From an uncultured Acidobacteriota bacterium (lineage in GTDB: Bacteria; Acidobacteriota; UBA6911; CAINFC01), in assembly GCA_964617125.1 (NCBI GenBank), contig CAZTVS010000005.1, forward strand, positions 16,529-80,528: 64,000 nucleotides of DNA, written 5' to 3'. The notes beneath the pieces were generated by a model that did not search any database, was not told the DNA's origin, and saw only the letters and a program-made list of their open reading frames with translations. Both the position numbers and the translations under genes were made by a program. Shown piece by piece: positions 1-10,034 of this stretch (its first letter is position 1; each line of letters starts with the position of its first letter).

Positions 1-906
1 CTGGAGGACCCCCAGCTGGATCAGGGGCGTCAAGGTTTCATCAAGGCCCTCGAGGAGGAAGACCTGATCGCCGGACGCGACTACACCATGAACTACCAAT
101 GCGCCCAGGGAGACCAGACCTTACTGCCGACGATCGTACAGGGCTTTTTGACCGACCGGGTACGACTTATCGCCACGAGCACTACACCCTGCATGATCGC
201 CGCGGCCAGAGGAACCATGGACCTGTCCGAACCGCCTCCCGTAGTCATCACCATCGTTACCGCCCCGGAGGAGGTTGGCATCAAACCTGTTCCTGCCAAT
301 CTGACCGGTTTTTACAGCCCGGTCGATATGCAGGAGTTTCTCCGCGTGATAACCGGCATTCTCCCCGGACCGGTCAAACGTCTGGGATTACTCACCAATC
401 CTGCCGAGGTAAACGCGGCCCATGCCGCTGCGAAACTGGCTGCGGCCTGTGAGAAAGCCGGCATCGAACTGTTTCAGGCTCCGGTCTCATCCATCAACGA
501 TATCCGGGATGCCGCTCTCTCCCTTGCCGACAGAGGCGTTCAGGCCTTGATCGGAGCTGCCGACAACACGGTGTACAACTCCATGCCCGTCCTGTCCGGC
601 ATCGCCGAGCAGCGCCGCCTGCCGATATTCGTTTCCGAAGCGGGTGTCACCCGCATGGGAGCAGCGGTGGGTTTCGGTCTGGATTATTTCGACTGGGGCT
701 ACCAAAGCGGTACGATTGCGGCTCAGCTCCTGCGGGGAAAACCTCTCTCTGAACTCCCTCTGCGGCCATGCCTGCGCAACCGGCTGTCGATCAACGAAGA
801 GGCCTGCCAAAAACAGGGTTTGCCTCTCACGCCTGCCTTGCGGGAAAAGATACGGTCCCTGTCGGTTGGCCTGAGCGGCCAATCCGATACAGGATCCGTT
901 AAGTAA
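1..906 (+). CDS. ABC transporter substrate-binding protein (COG2984/BMP-like), 5'-partial at window edge
   Basis: The frame is open from nt 1 to the stop at 904-906. The translation resembles periplasmic binding proteins of uncharacterised ABC systems (…LLTNPAEVNAAHAAAKLAAACEKAGIEL…GAADNTVYN…). Confidence 0.65.
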   Translation: MEDPQLDQGRQGFIKALEEEDLIAGRDYTMNYQCAQGDQTLLPTIVQGFLTDRVRLIATSTTPCMIAAARGTMDLSEPPPVVITIVTAPEEVGIKPVPANLTGFYSPVDMQEFLRVITGILPGPVKRLGLLTNPAEVNAAHAAAKLAAACEKAGIELFQAPVSSINDIRDAALSLADRGVQALIGAADNTVYNSMPVLSGIAEQRRLPIFVSEAGVTRMGAAVGFGLDYFDWGYQSGTIAAQLLRGKPLSELPLRPCLRNRLSINEEACQKQGLPLTPALREKIRSLSVGLSGQSDTGSVK

Positions 907-952
907 CTTCCGGGAATTCTTTCAACGTCATACTTTTCTCAAGGTATATATT

Positions 953-1822
953 ATGAATCTGCCGAAATGTGTTGTTACTCTTTGCTTTTGCCTGACACTT
1001 TTTGCTGCCGATCCTCAGGTCATCCCTCTCTACCCAGGCCCTGCTCCGGGATCCGAATCCTGGGAATGGCCGGAAACGGAACAGTCATCCACTGACGGTA
1101 TCCGGCGTATCGCCAATGTGACCCGTCCTACCATTACCGTTTATCTTCCTGAAAAGTCCAGAGCTACCGGTACCGGGGTCGTGGTGTGTCCTGGGGGCGG
1201 CTTTCGTATCCTTGCCATCAGCCACGAAGGGGAAGATGTGGCCCGGTTCCTCAACAAACAGGGTGTTGCTGCTTTTGTTCTCAAGTATCGCGTCATGCGC
1301 ACCGGCGATGAAGCAGGAAAGGACAAAGAGGTGATGGCGCGACGCCGGGCGGAGGTGATCCCGCTGAGCATAGCCGACGGGTTGGAAGCCGTTCGTCTGG
1401 TGCGCCGCCGGGCTGCCGAATGGGGCCTGCAACACAACCGCATCGGTATTATGGGTTTTTCGGCCGGAGGTTGGGTAACCACCGCCGTTACCCTACAAGG
1501 ATCGGGGGACAGCCGGCCGGATTTTGCCGCGCCAATTTACGCTGCCATGCCGGAAAACCTGTCGGTGCCGTCGCAGCCGCCACCACTTTTTCTGGTCCAT
1601 GCCGACAATGACGTTACGGTGCGTACGGAAAAAACCAGCGTTCGTCTTTACACTGCCTGGAAACAGGCCGGGGCTTCCGCCGAGCTGCATATCTATGCCC
1701 ACGGAGGACACGGATTCGGTATGCTTAAAAAATCGCTTCCGGTCGATTCTTGGGCGGATCGTTTGCGGGACTGGATGCAATCTCTGGATCTTCTATCGCC
1801 AACACCAGGAAACAGGCCGTAG
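953..1822 (+). CDS. secreted alpha/beta-hydrolase-fold esterase/lipase
   Basis: N-terminal signal peptide. Nucleophile elbow GFSAGG and an HGGHGF motif are typical of esterases, BD-FAE-like carbohydrate esterases and prolyl oligopeptidases. Confidence 0.75.
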   Translation: MNLPKCVVTLCFCLTLFAADPQVIPLYPGPAPGSESWEWPETEQSSTDGIRRIANVTRPTITVYLPEKSRATGTGVVVCPGGGFRILAISHEGEDVARFLNKQGVAAFVLKYRVMRTGDEAGKDKEVMARRRAEVIPLSIADGLEAVRLVRRRAAEWGLQHNRIGIMGFSAGGWVTTAVTLQGSGDSRPDFAAPIYAAMPENLSVPSQPPPLFLVHADNDVTVRTEKTSVRLYTAWKQAGASAELHIYAHGGHGFGMLKKSLPVDSWADRLRDWMQSLDLLSPTPGNRP

Positions 1823-1857
1823 GCAGATCCGGGACCGCCGTTCCTGTAAGGCAGAAT

Positions 1858-4278
1858 TCAATCTTTTTTTAATAGCCAGACTTCCGCCACCTGGCATCCT
1901 CTTCCGTTTACCAGATGCCAGGTCAGTTCCAGCGTACCGGCCTGGATGGCCTGTTCGGGGATGTCGAATTCCATCGGAAGCGGATCCTCCGGTCGCGGGA
2001 TGGGTCCATGGATGGCCGTCTTACCGGCAGACAACGTCATAGTCGATTGAAAACGGCCGCTGTAAATGACCCGCAGACGATAGCGCGCCCTGCGGTCCAG
2101 GCCGTCATAGCGCATGCGCAGGGGTTCTCCGAAAAGCGTCTGCGCCTGGTCCTGCCAGGATAGCCGCCAGTCCTGATTGTCGATGAATTCCTGTTGCGAA
2201 GAGGCGGTGCCGCCGGGGTCCTCTCTCCAGGACTTCTGTCGAACCAGGTGGGGAGATCTTTCCGGATTTCCCAGATCGTCATAGAATCCGCCGGGACCCG
2301 GGTCTTCCCAACCGATGATCTGCCGTATGCGACGGGACTGCTCTGCGGGGTCGGCCAGGGCCTTTATCTCCCTCCATTGGGATTCGATCCAGTCGGCATC
2401 GCTCAAAGGGTAATCGAGGGTGTCGAGAACGGCCCCCCGCTCTACGTTTCGGGCCAAATACGGAGGCAGAACGCTCAATTGAAAACCTATACCGGCAAAG
2501 AGTTCTTTTCCCAGCTGTACGATCCTGCGGCGATACGCGCTGGTCGACAGGGTTTTCCGGGTTTGTTCGTTGATGGCCTCCATTTCCTCCAGAGCGGAGG
2601 AGATCCCTGCCGGATCGGCTGTCCGCAGTCTTTGATAGATACGGGCTTCCGCCAAAGATTCCTGTTTCGCTTTTTCCTGCACGTAAGCGTCATAACAGGC
2701 CCGGAAGAGGTACATCTGCAGCCGCCAGTTTCGGTCCCTTTCCTCAGGCCGGCGATCGGCGATGCCGGTCCAAAGGGCAAGGGTTCCGGCAATACCCTGG
2801 TTTTGCAGGATCGGACCCGTCCAGTTGTCCTCCAATCGTAACAAAGCACGGCTGGCCGGTTTGGCCTCTTCCGGGTTCAGAAATACCTTGGCATACTCCT
2901 CGAGAATCGTTTCGACAGGAGAGGTGGAGTCCCATCCCAGTGCGCTCCACACGATCTTGTTGAGGTCATCATGGATCCCTTCGGAGTATGTGATGAAACC
3001 GCAGGCAAGGTCTTTATACAGATTGTGAATATGAGCCATGGCCCGAGGCCGCGGACAGACCGGCTCCCGACCCAGGGTATGGGCAAAGGCCCGGTTCCAG
3101 TCCGGAACGGGATACTGGCTGCGCAGGCAATGCGAGATGTCGGGATAGCGCCGAATAGCGTAGCGGGCGGGAATTCTTCGGCGCAATTCCGGCAGGCTGA
3201 GTTTGGTCCAGGGTCCAAATACGATGCCTTCCAGCCAGTCCGGATGCTCCCGATGCAGGAATTCGAACAGGTATTCGTTGTGTTCCGCTTCAAAGGTCTG
3301 GTTGGAAAGCCAGAGCCTGGCGCCGGGATGGACTGAGCTTAACACTCCTGAAAGTCGCTGCAGCCAGGGCAGAAGAATTTCCGGAGGAGTGTCTCCGCCA
3401 TCCCCTCCGGGAACAAATACCGCATCCAGCCGTTTCATGCTGCGAAAGAGGGCCCGCCATCGTTCCAGCTCCCTCTCGGCGAGTTCATCGGTGCCTATTT
3501 GAGACACGTATACCGGTATCCAGCACCACACATCCAGCCCGTAAGAATCCAGCAGGGCAGACAGCCGCATATTCATGTCCCACATGGAGAGTTTCATCAG
3601 GGGTGTCCTGGGCTCCGTAGGATCCAGGGTGGGAACGAGTTCGATGGCATTGGTGCCGAAAAGAATCAGATCGCGAAGATACTGCTCGAAGGCGGATTCA
3701 TCCCAGGCGTCGTAACTATTGGGCGTACCACGATAGCCGAGCTGATGTCCCCGAATGGGGATTTCAGGTGCGGTTGCCAGAGCCATTTGTGCCGGGAAAA
3801 ACAACCCATTCATTTTCATTTCCGCCAGCCGCAGAAAACGGCCGGCGGCAAACAGGACGCCTCGTGGATCGTAGCCCAGGAGACAGATCCGGGAATTCTT
3901 TGGATCGGACCAGATGGCATACGCATCTTTTTTGTGCGGCAGAGAAAGACTGCCCGGCGGTTTTGCGTCCGAAGCGAGGCGCGCAGCCGTGGCCAGAAGG
4001 ATGAGAGGCGTCTTTTCCCGGGAGGGGAAAGATTTCTCCATGGTCAGAGCGATGTGGGTGCGTCTTTGAATTTCCTCCTGCAGCATCTGTGCCGCCTTGA
4101 CGACAATGGCATTCGATCCGTTAAAGAAAATCTTTGCCTGTGAAAGATCGATGGAAGTCCGGGAGTCGTCTCCTGCCTGCATTCCTTTAGCGAAAATATT
4201 CTGCATGGGCAAAAGGGCGAAGAGGAGGGAAAAAACCGGTACGATGGTTCTGTGGTCGGACAGGAGCAATTTTCGCAT
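1858..4278 (-). CDS. secreted glycoside hydrolase, family uncertain (possibly alpha-glucuronidase-like GH115/GH67/GH20-fold)
   Basis: 806-aa product from the ATG at 4278 (MRKLLLSDHRTIVPVFSLLFALLPMQNIFA is a signal peptide). Motifs RGHQLGYRGTPNSYDAWD and VFVPGGDGGD suggest a GH TIM-barrel. Family assignment is from memory only. Confidence 0.55.
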   Translation of the reverse strand: MRKLLLSDHRTIVPVFSLLFALLPMQNIFAKGMQAGDDSRTSIDLSQAKIFFNGSNAIVVKAAQMLQEEIQRRTHIALTMEKSFPSREKTPLILLATAARLASDAKPPGSLSLPHKKDAYAIWSDPKNSRICLLGYDPRGVLFAAGRFLRLAEMKMNGLFFPAQMALATAPEIPIRGHQLGYRGTPNSYDAWDESAFEQYLRDLILFGTNAIELVPTLDPTEPRTPLMKLSMWDMNMRLSALLDSYGLDVWCWIPVYVSQIGTDELAERELERWRALFRSMKRLDAVFVPGGDGGDTPPEILLPWLQRLSGVLSSVHPGARLWLSNQTFEAEHNEYLFEFLHREHPDWLEGIVFGPWTKLSLPELRRRIPARYAIRRYPDISHCLRSQYPVPDWNRAFAHTLGREPVCPRPRAMAHIHNLYKDLACGFITYSEGIHDDLNKIVWSALGWDSTSPVETILEEYAKVFLNPEEAKPASRALLRLEDNWTGPILQNQGIAGTLALWTGIADRRPEERDRNWRLQMYLFRACYDAYVQEKAKQESLAEARIYQRLRTADPAGISSALEEMEAINEQTRKTLSTSAYRRRIVQLGKELFAGIGFQLSVLPPYLARNVERGAVLDTLDYPLSDADWIESQWREIKALADPAEQSRRIRQIIGWEDPGPGGFYDDLGNPERSPHLVRQKSWREDPGGTASSQQEFIDNQDWRLSWQDQAQTLFGEPLRMRYDGLDRRARYRLRVIYSGRFQSTMTLSAGKTAIHGPIPRPEDPLPMEFDIPEQAIQAGTLELTWHLVNGRGCQVAEVWLLKKD

Positions 4279-4491
4279 ATTACCTTCGGCTTTAATGGTA
4301 GCGCTGCACCTCTTACGCAAACAGGTGCTCGGCGGAAATGCATGGAATCGATCGATGCAATACGGCATAAAGATACCGTGGAGACGGAAGGCTCATCAAG
4401 CCGTGAGGGAATATTGTTACAGATGGGTCTTGCCTGTCGTTCTCTTAATGAATATCATTGACCCATATCATATCTGACAAGGAAGGCATCT

Positions 4492-7400
4492 ATGCATGAC
4501 TGGAAAAAAGTGATTTCTATTGTAGCGTTTGCAATCGCCCTGATTTCGGGCCTTTCGAATTCATTGAGCTATGCTTCTTCCGGAGACGAACAGGCCGTCA
4601 TCCGGGAAACCAGAGAAGAACTGAAAACCTACCCTTTCTCCGATCCGGATCCGGTGCCCATTTTTGCCCGTTCCGGGTTATGGGGAAAGGGATCCCGGTT
4701 GTACCCCTATTCCTTTTTCTCCGGATTCAGCGACCAGGCGGAACGCCGGCCATGGTCGGTCGTCCGTCTGGAAAATCCGTATATTTCCGTTGCCGTTTTA
4801 CCTGAAGTGGGCGGCAAGGTCTGGGGAGCCACGGACAAGACATCCGGACGGGAATATCTCTACACCAACAAGGTGATGAAATTCAGGGAAATCGCCCTGC
4901 GCGGGCCCTGGACCTCCGGCGGGATCGAGTTCAACTTCGGAATCGTAGGACATTCTCCGAACACGGCCACTCCCGTGGATTACAAGATACATCAGGACCC
5001 CGACGGAGGAGTGAGTGTTACCGTGGGGGCGCTGGACCTGGTCTCCCGCACGCGCTGGAGCGTCACCGTGCGGGCGCCGAAAGACAAGGTTTACTTCGAA
5101 ACCAACGGCAACTGGTACAATCCGACACCCTTCAACCAGTCGTATTACTTCTGGTCCTGCGGCGCCATCAGGACGGCGGAAGACCTCCGTTATATCTTTC
5201 CCGGACGCTGGCAGATCGGTCACGACTACGACGTACCGTTGAAATCCTGGCCGATCGATGACCAGGGGAGAGACATCTCCCTATACCGCCTGAACAACAC
5301 GGATGGGTCCAAGAGCTACTTCACCGTGGGCGAGAAAGAGGATTTCTATGGCGCCTGGTACGAGAAGAGCAACACCGGTTTCGGTCATTGGGCCCTGTAT
5401 GACGATATGCCGGGTCGCAAGGTGTGGATTTGGGACCAGTCGCGCTCGGGCGAGATATGGGTCGATCTGCTGACGGATGCGGATGGACAGTACACCGAAC
5501 CCCAGGCGGGCAGGCTGCTCAATCAGTCCGATCACGAATTTCTATCGCCCGGCGTCACCGACCGCTGGCAGGAAATCTGGTTTCCCTACGAAGGGATCGG
5601 GCCCATGATGGCCTCTTCCCCGGCCGGCGTGCTGAATGTGGAAAACAAACCGGAATCGGTATCGGTCAGCCTCTACCCCCTGCAGGCGCTGGAAGAAGAC
5701 CTGGTCGTAATCTCGGAGGGGAAGGAAGTCTTCCGCGAACGTCTGAAACCGGCTCCCGCCAAGGCTTGGAAGAAGATCCTGCCCTGGAAACCCGCCGGCA
5801 AGGCGTTTACGATCCAGTGGGGCAAATCTCTGGTGTGGCAAAGCGATCCGGCGAAGAACGATGTCGACCGGCCCTACCGTTTCCGGGACATTACGGAAAC
5901 CACCACCGAAGGAATTTTTCTGAGTGGGATACGCCTGGAAAAAGGACGCAATTTCGAACAGGCGCTGGAAAAATATCGTGCCTGTCTGGAGAAAGAACCG
6001 GGACACGTGCGAGCCCTGGTGCGTATGGCCGAGATCCATACGCGGCGTGGAGAATATGCCAAGGCCTCCGGCTTGGCAGCCAGGGCGTTAGAAGAAGACA
6101 TGTACGACCCTGCGGCCAATTACACCTATGGTACGATCGCCCGCCGGTTGGGAAAATGGAACGATGCCAAAGAAACTCTGGGATGGGCGGCCCGATCCAT
6201 GGAGTATCGTTCCAGCGCCTATCAGCAGTTGGCCGAAATCGCCCTGCTGCAAAAGAATTTTCCCATCGCCCTGAAATATGCGGGGCAGGCGACGGATTAC
6301 AACCGCTATAACTCCGGGGCCCTGGAGATCCAGGCCCTGGCCTATCGCCGGATGGGGAAGAAGGAGGCCGCCGCCCAAATCCTGAAGCAATTGTCCGACC
6401 AGGATCCTCTCGATCATGTCGCCCGCTTTGAGGACTGGCGCCTGAAACCGACCGAGGCGAAGCAGAAGGAATTCCAGGATATGATCCGGCATGAGTTTCC
6501 TCATGAGAGCTACCTGGAAATGGCCCTGTTCTATATCCGCGTCGGAGCCGTCGAGGATGCCGTCGAACTGCTGAAGATGTCGCCGGAATATCCGACCGTT
6601 GCTTACTGGCTGGCCTTCCTGACGGCCGACAGCGCTCCCGCGGAAAGCAAGCGCTATCTGGAAACAGCCGGACGTCTTTCGCCCCGGTTGGTATTTCCTC
6701 ACCGCGAGGAGGAAATACCATTATTGGAATGGGTCCGCTCGGTTCGTCCCGACGACTGGAGACCAAACTACTATTTGGGCCTGCTCCTCTGGGGAAAAGG
6801 GCGTTTGGAGGAAGCCAAAGCCTTGCTGGCCCGCTGCGACTCATCCGATTATGCACCTCTGTTCGTGACCAGAGCCATGCTCTATCGTCAATCCGATCCG
6901 CAACGGGCTCAGGCCGACTACGAAAAGGCCTGGAAGCTGGACGGCAAGAGTTGGCGTAACTGGCATGCTCTGATCGATTTTCACATCGCTGAGAAACGGT
7001 TCGATCAGGCATTGAACCTGGCAAAAGAGGCCTCTCCTCTTTTTCCCGGACAGACTCCGATTCAGGTCGATCTGGTCAAGGCGTTGCTCAACAGCGGCAA
7101 ACCGGCCGAAGCGGCGGCAGTGCTGGATAGGATGAAGGCCTTACCGTATGAAGGGGCGGCGGACATTCATCGTCTCTTCGCACAGACCCACATGCAGGTT
7201 GGCCTGCAATCGATACGGGCGGCAGACTGGGCGGCGGCCATACGCGCCATCGAACGCTCCAAGGAGTATCCGGAAAGCCTGGGTACGGGCAAACCCTATC
7301 ACCCGGATTATCGTCCGCAGGATTACCTTTTGGGCTGGATCTATGAAAAGCAGGGACTCCGGGAAAAGGCCGAAGCGGCCTTCCGTGCGGTGCTGGACTA

Positions 7401-7554
7401 TACCGATCGGGCTCCGGCCCGCCGTAGCGCCGGCGCCGGCGCCTGGTTTGGAGCCCGGGCTCTGCAACGGGCAGGAAGGAAGGCAGAGGCTGACGAGCTC
7501 CTGAAAAAGGCCGTCCAGCCTTCGCCGGAAATCCTGGAGATAGTCAATCGCTGA
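4492..7554 (+). CDS. DUF5107-like domain protein with C-terminal TPR repeats (1020 aa)
   Basis: Signal peptide. Long N-terminal region resembling DUF5107, with multiple TPR-like helical repeats in the C-terminal half. Co-located with the GH and esterase genes. Confidence 0.65.
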   Translation: MHDWKKVISIVAFAIALISGLSNSLSYASSGDEQAVIRETREELKTYPFSDPDPVPIFARSGLWGKGSRLYPYSFFSGFSDQAERRPWSVVRLENPYISVAVLPEVGGKVWGATDKTSGREYLYTNKVMKFREIALRGPWTSGGIEFNFGIVGHSPNTATPVDYKIHQDPDGGVSVTVGALDLVSRTRWSVTVRAPKDKVYFETNGNWYNPTPFNQSYYFWSCGAIRTAEDLRYIFPGRWQIGHDYDVPLKSWPIDDQGRDISLYRLNNTDGSKSYFTVGEKEDFYGAWYEKSNTGFGHWALYDDMPGRKVWIWDQSRSGEIWVDLLTDADGQYTEPQAGRLLNQSDHEFLSPGVTDRWQEIWFPYEGIGPMMASSPAGVLNVENKPESVSVSLYPLQALEEDLVVISEGKEVFRERLKPAPAKAWKKILPWKPAGKAFTIQWGKSLVWQSDPAKNDVDRPYRFRDITETTTEGIFLSGIRLEKGRNFEQALEKYRACLEKEPGHVRALVRMAEIHTRRGEYAKASGLAARALEEDMYDPAANYTYGTIARRLGKWNDAKETLGWAARSMEYRSSAYQQLAEIALLQKNFPIALKYAGQATDYNRYNSGALEIQALAYRRMGKKEAAAQILKQLSDQDPLDHVARFEDWRLKPTEAKQKEFQDMIRHEFPHESYLEMALFYIRVGAVEDAVELLKMSPEYPTVAYWLAFLTADSAPAESKRYLETAGRLSPRLVFPHREEEIPLLEWVRSVRPDDWRPNYYLGLLLWGKGRLEEAKALLARCDSSDYAPLFVTRAMLYRQSDPQRAQADYEKAWKLDGKSWRNWHALIDFHIAEKRFDQALNLAKEASPLFPGQTPIQVDLVKALLNSGKPAEAAAVLDRMKALPYEGAADIHRLFAQTHMQVGLQSIRAADWAAAIRAIERSKEYPESLGTGKPYHPDYRPQDYLLGWIYEKQGLREKAEAAFRAVLDYTDRAPARRSAGAGAWFGARALQRAGRKAEADELLKKAVQPSPEILEIVNR

Positions 7555-7577
7555 GGAAATGGTATAAAGACGGTAAA

Positions 7578-7650
7578 TGAGCCGTGCTGGATTCGAACCA
7601 GCGACCCTCTGCTTAAAAGGCAGATGCTCTGCCACCTGAGCTAACGGCCC
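7578..7650 (-). tRNA. tRNA-Lys (anticodon UUU)
   Basis: The reverse complement folds as a cloverleaf: GGGCCGT acceptor stem, anticodon loop CTTTTAA, T-arm GGTTCGAATCC, discriminator A. CCA is not encoded. Confidence 0.85.
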
Positions 7651-7767
7651 GTAGCCGGAGAGAATAACCCGCACCGGGATGGAAAATCAAGACCGGACCA
7701 AAAAATTCCTTTTCGGGTCTTCTACTAACTTGATTGTAATCAAAAGGTTTACCCCAAACTAGGCAGA

Positions 7768-7799
7768 GGGGCAACCGCAAGGGTTGCCCCTACTCCTTT
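7768..7799. terminator. GC-rich hairpin (9-bp stem, GCAAG loop) between hcp 3' end and the tRNA; possible bidirectional terminator
   Basis: GGGGCAACC-gcaag-GGTTGCCCC is followed on the plus strand by TACTCCTTTT. It lies 18 nt downstream of the hcp stop. There is no clean U-tract on the minus strand. Confidence 0.35.
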
Positions 7800-7806
7800 T
7801 GCATAT

Positions 7807-9453
7807 TCATCCCTGGAGGATGGACTTCAGGTCCTCTTCCGCGGTTTTGATGGGTGTCAGTTGGAACTTCTCCACCAGAACGTTCAACACATTGGGCCCC
7901 ACGAAGGCAGGAAGGCTGGGCCCGATGCGTATCTTTTTAATCCCGAGATAGAGCAGAGTAAGAAGGATACACACAGCCTTCTGTTCGTACCAGCTGAGTA
8001 TGAGCGACAACGGCAAGTCGTTAACTCCACAACCGAAGGCCTTTGATAGGGCCACGGCGATCTGTATGGCGGAATAGGCATCGTTGCACTGGCCGCAGTC
8101 GAGCAGACGGGGGATTCCACCGATTTCTCCGAAATCCAGTTTGTTGAAGCGGTATTTTCCGCAGGCCAGGGTGAGAATCACGCAATCCTCAGGAACCGCC
8201 TGGGCGAATTCGGTGTAATAATTACGCCCCGACTTGGCGCCATCGCACCCGCCGATGAGGAAAAAATGTCGTATCGCTCCCGCCTTGACCGCCTCCACCA
8301 CCTTTCCCGCCACGCTCATGACGGTATTGTGGGCAAATCCGACGGTAATGTACTTCGGCTCCTCATCCTTCGTAAAACCGGGTGCCTCCAGGGCCGCACG
8401 AATGACAGAAGAAAAATCGCTATTCTCTACATGCACGACGCCCGGCCATTCCACCAGGCCGGTGGTAAAGATGCGCTGCTTATAGCCTTCGGCCGGTTTC
8501 TGTATGCAGTTGGTGGTCATCAGGATGGCCCCGGGAAACTGATCGAACTCCTTCTGCTGGTCCTGCCAGGCGCCGCCGTAGTTGCCGACCAGGTGTTTAT
8601 ATTTCTTCAATCCGGGATAGGCATTGCAGGGAAGCATCTCTCCATGGGTATAGATATGGATACCTTTTCCTTCCGTCTGCTGCAGTAACAGATCCAGGTC
8701 TTTCAGATCATGTCCTGACACCAGAATACATTTCCCCGCTACAGGCGTAATCCTGACTTGCGTGGGTTCCGGATGTCCATAGGCCTCCGTGTTGGCGGCA
8801 TCCAGCAACCCCATGACCTTGAGATTGACCTCTCCGGTCTTCATGGCCATGGACACCAGGGAATCCACATCGGTTGGATTTTCCGCCAGGTAGTTCAGCG
8901 CATGATGGAAGAAAGCAAACACCTCGTCCTCTTCCTTGCCCAAAACCATCGCATGGTCCATGTAGGCGGCCATACCTTTCAAGCCATAGAGGATCAGCTC
9001 CTGTAGGCCGGCGATATCGTCCCCCAGGGTCTGTTTCTTTTTCAGCAGTGTCAAATCTTGTCCCTGACCGGACAATCCGGAGGTGTCTGCTTCCGGCTGG
9101 AAGGTTGCCGGACCTGCCGGGCTTTGCGGCTGGATGCCCTGAGCGGCACATTGTTTTTCATAGGACCGGCGCAGTTCATTTTTCAGTGCCGCACCATGGT
9201 AAATGCGCTGCCGTATCGTCTGAGCGTCAAAATTGACATTGGTCACAGTTGTGAACAGAGCTTCAACGACAAAGCGGTCGGCTGCCGCATCCTTCATACC
9301 GGTGGAGCGCAACCTGTGGGCCCATTGGGCTACACCTTTGGTTACATACACCAGCAGGTCCTGCAACACAGCGGTTTCTTCCTCTTTGCCACAGACACCC
9401 TTCACCGTACACCCCGTCCCGCGAGCCGTCTGCTCGCATTGATAACAAAACAT
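7807..9453 (-). CDS. hcp: hydroxylamine reductase / hybrid-cluster protein
   Basis: N-terminus MFCYQCEQT…GVCGK is the hallmark of Hcp, and the product is about 550 aa. The first ATG is at 9453. The ORF track extends to an upstream GTG at 9465. Confidence 0.9.
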   Translation of the reverse strand: MFCYQCEQTARGTGCTVKGVCGKEEETAVLQDLLVYVTKGVAQWAHRLRSTGMKDAAADRFVVEALFTTVTNVNFDAQTIRQRIYHGAALKNELRRSYEKQCAAQGIQPQSPAGPATFQPEADTSGLSGQGQDLTLLKKKQTLGDDIAGLQELILYGLKGMAAYMDHAMVLGKEEDEVFAFFHHALNYLAENPTDVDSLVSMAMKTGEVNLKVMGLLDAANTEAYGHPEPTQVRITPVAGKCILVSGHDLKDLDLLLQQTEGKGIHIYTHGEMLPCNAYPGLKKYKHLVGNYGGAWQDQQKEFDQFPGAILMTTNCIQKPAEGYKQRIFTTGLVEWPGVVHVENSDFSSVIRAALEAPGFTKDEEPKYITVGFAHNTVMSVAGKVVEAVKAGAIRHFFLIGGCDGAKSGRNYYTEFAQAVPEDCVILTLACGKYRFNKLDFGEIGGIPRLLDCGQCNDAYSAIQIAVALSKAFGCGVNDLPLSLILSWYEQKAVCILLTLLYLGIKKIRIGPSLPAFVGPNVLNVLVEKFQLTPIKTAEEDLKSILQG

Positions 9454-9483
9454 ACTCATACTCACATTCCCCTTTCTTGATTT

Positions 9484-9954
9484 TTACCTTTGTAGCCGGT
9501 TTTTGTCGCTGACTTGATTCCCCTGGATTTCCGGGGCACCCTTCCGGTTTCGAGAGCTGATGGATTGCAGATTGGTCTGCTGCAGATAGTCCAGGAATTT
9601 CCGGTCCATGTCCTGAATCAGGCCGTCGAACATGCAATGGTCCCAGCCGCAGACCGGATTCTCAAAGGCACACATCGTCTGGCTCTGTTCGCCTTCAATG
9701 GCCGAGAAAATGTCGATCAGGCAAATTTCAGCGGGCGGGCGCGATAATAGAAATCCGCCTCTGGGTCCGCGCAATCCCTTCACGATTCCGCTCTTTGCCA
9801 GCCGTTGCATGACCTTGGCCAGATGAGCGCTCGAGCCCTGCAGCCGTTCCGCCAGTTGGGGAACGGTGAAAGCCATGGCCGGATTCTGCGCTAAAAGAAC
9901 ACAGGCGTGCAGACCCAAAGCCGCTCCCTCCGATATTTTTATACAAGATCCCAT
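9484..9954 (-). CDS. Rrf2-family transcriptional regulator (NsrR/IscR-like, three conserved Cys)
   Basis: N-terminal wHTH (ISEGAALGLHACVLLAQNP…PQLAERLQGSSAHLAKVMQRLAKSGIV) and C-x7-C-x5-C (CAFENPVCGWDHC). Sits 18 bp upstream of hcp, an operon-like arrangement. Confidence 0.8.
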   Translation of the reverse strand: MGSCIKISEGAALGLHACVLLAQNPAMAFTVPQLAERLQGSSAHLAKVMQRLAKSGIVKGLRGPRGGFLLSRPPAEICLIDIFSAIEGEQSQTMCAFENPVCGWDHCMFDGLIQDMDRKFLDYLQQTNLQSISSRNRKGAPEIQGNQVSDKNRLQR

Positions 9955-10034
9955 CAATCTTTCCCTAATAAAATAATCAGGTACTAGAATACCTTAATAT
10001 GATACCGTTGTCAATCGCAAAAATAGAAATTCGT

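Noticed and set aside
5891-7024. 377-aa Pro/Arg/Ser-rich ORF antisense within the DUF5107 gene, plus other 150-440-aa antisense ORFs (10572-11891, 16753-17643, 33914-35011, 21259-21930, 62859-63836)
   Set aside because: All lie opposite well-supported genes. Their low-complexity composition is typical of GC-skewed antisense frames, and none has a plausible start context.
7141-7674. 177-aa minus-strand ORF spanning the tRNA-Lys gene
   Set aside because: It overlaps a bona fide tRNA and the 3' end of the DUF5107 gene, so it is spurious.
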